Shown here: in pieces, positions 62,782 through 64,000 of the stretch
Position numbering within the stretch: the stretch's first letter is position 1
Layout of the letters: the number at the start of each line of letters is the position of its first letter
Source of the DNA: Kudoa neothunni
Taxonomy: Eukaryota > Animalia > Cnidaria
Assembly: GCA_964304625.1 (NCBI GenBank)
Contig: OZ199838.1
Location: 16,723,469-16,787,468, forward strand
DNA: 64,000 bases
Direction: 5' to 3'
The notes under the pieces: model-generated
The model's input: the letters and a program-made list of their open reading frames with translations, nothing else
Told to the model about the DNA's origin: nothing
Databases searched by the model: none
Translations under genes and position numbers: made by a program

Positions 62782-64000
62782 TAGGGTTGGAAATTTTCGA
62801 CGTTTATTTCTCTGTAAATCGATGGTATTTATCGACATTTATTCAAAGAAAGAAAAACTCTGAATAAAAAGAAAACAAAATAGATTCGATAATCGTGAAT
62901 TAAAATAATTATAATGGACCATGGAAATTTAGCATCGCCAACATTGTAGGGCGATCATCACCTAAATTTATTCTTTCTTTTCCAAAAACGTATCGGAGTT
63001 TTGAGAAATTCCTTTCAATATTGATTGATGACACTGGCAGGGTCAATATATCTTGACAAAGTGTTCAAAGTATAAGTAAAACATTTGATCCCGTTTTCCA
63101 AATGTTGGGATCGACTGATCTTGTTAAATATCTCGCCTCTTTACATAACAAATCGAATTCATTCTTAAGTTGTTGCCTGTCTTCAATCTGTAAAAAGTAA
63201 CAAAGATCATCAACATTCAAATGTTCAATTGAAATTATATCGTTTGAATCGAGATTTTTCACAGTTGCAAAAAATGTATTTGAGGGTAAACACCCATTTA
63301 GATATTGAACATTTTAGTTCATTAATAATTTCGTCGCATAAATGTTCACATTTAAGTAGAAGATTACTTCTACATTGAAATGGAATGAGACCGATAATGT
63401 CCTTGTGATTTTTTAGCAAATAGTTCTTGTCGATTCCAAAGTCATTCTTTATCCAGTCACAAATTTTCGAGATACAATTCTCTTCGGTTTCAATTATTTT
63501 TGAAAAATCAAATAATGGAGTAGGTGCATCGATTAAAATATTTAAGGAAAAGTAAAAATTCATTAAGTTTTGCTCCAAATTTATCTCCTTTTATATCTTT
63601 TAAAAAGTGGACAACTGCTGGGTAATACTCCTTTATTTGCCTCATACAATTAAAGAAACTACACCACCGTACATCTAATACTCTCGGAATTTCTTTGAAA
63701 ATATCAAAATTATTATTTTTAAGGTGTATCAAAAAAGAGTATTTCGCTTTCCTATTTTTTAACAGTAGGGATGAAAATTTCTAACATCCTTAAAGTAAAG
63801 GTCAACAGCTTTTTGAACAGCTCCATGAATAGTATGTGAAAAACAAGAGATTCTGACGATATGAGGATACATAACTTTCAATTCGATATAATATTTTTTC
63901 ATGTAAGATGCCGAGTCAGAAATAATAGCGATACAATTTTTCCAATCCAAATCATATCGTTTTAGAATTTCAGACAAATGGCTAGAAACAATAACAGAAT
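62782..64000 (-). mobile_element. hAT transposon, 3' half of the transposase plus terminal TIR; frameshifted
   Basis: IISDSASYM, CFSH (CxxH), VRWCS and LTLPVSSINIERNFS (catalytic E region). Stop at 62909; TIR-like tagggttggaaattt at 62782. Confidence 0.9.

Overview
AT-rich eukaryotic (animal-type) genomic window with very short GT-AG introns (mostly 30-100 nt) and strongly diverged proteins. The style fits a fast-evolving parasite such as a myxozoan, which is inference only. Tightly packed gene islands alternate with spacers full of DNA-transposon debris (piggyBac, hAT/Buster, pogo/Tigger, Merlin) and microsatellites. Recognisable genes are XPO1/CRM1 (5' part), a MED11-like gene, TMEM120, RPS5, SUCLG1, AACS (interrupted by about 7 single-base indels, almost all in short homopolymers), LENG8, an N-BAR-RhoGAP and EDC4. 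The main novelty is a 13-exon gene (11710-19897) for a 1111-aa type I membrane protein. It is built from about 10 divergent 4-Cys, fibronectin-III-like modules, mostly one per phase 1-1 exon, and ends in a 17-aa tail (...SDEY). Directly upstream lie two 3-exon microgenes (73 and 67 aa) missed by the ORF track, which resemble complex I accessory subunits NDUFA3 and NDUFB1. All gene models were spliced by eye and no searches were run.
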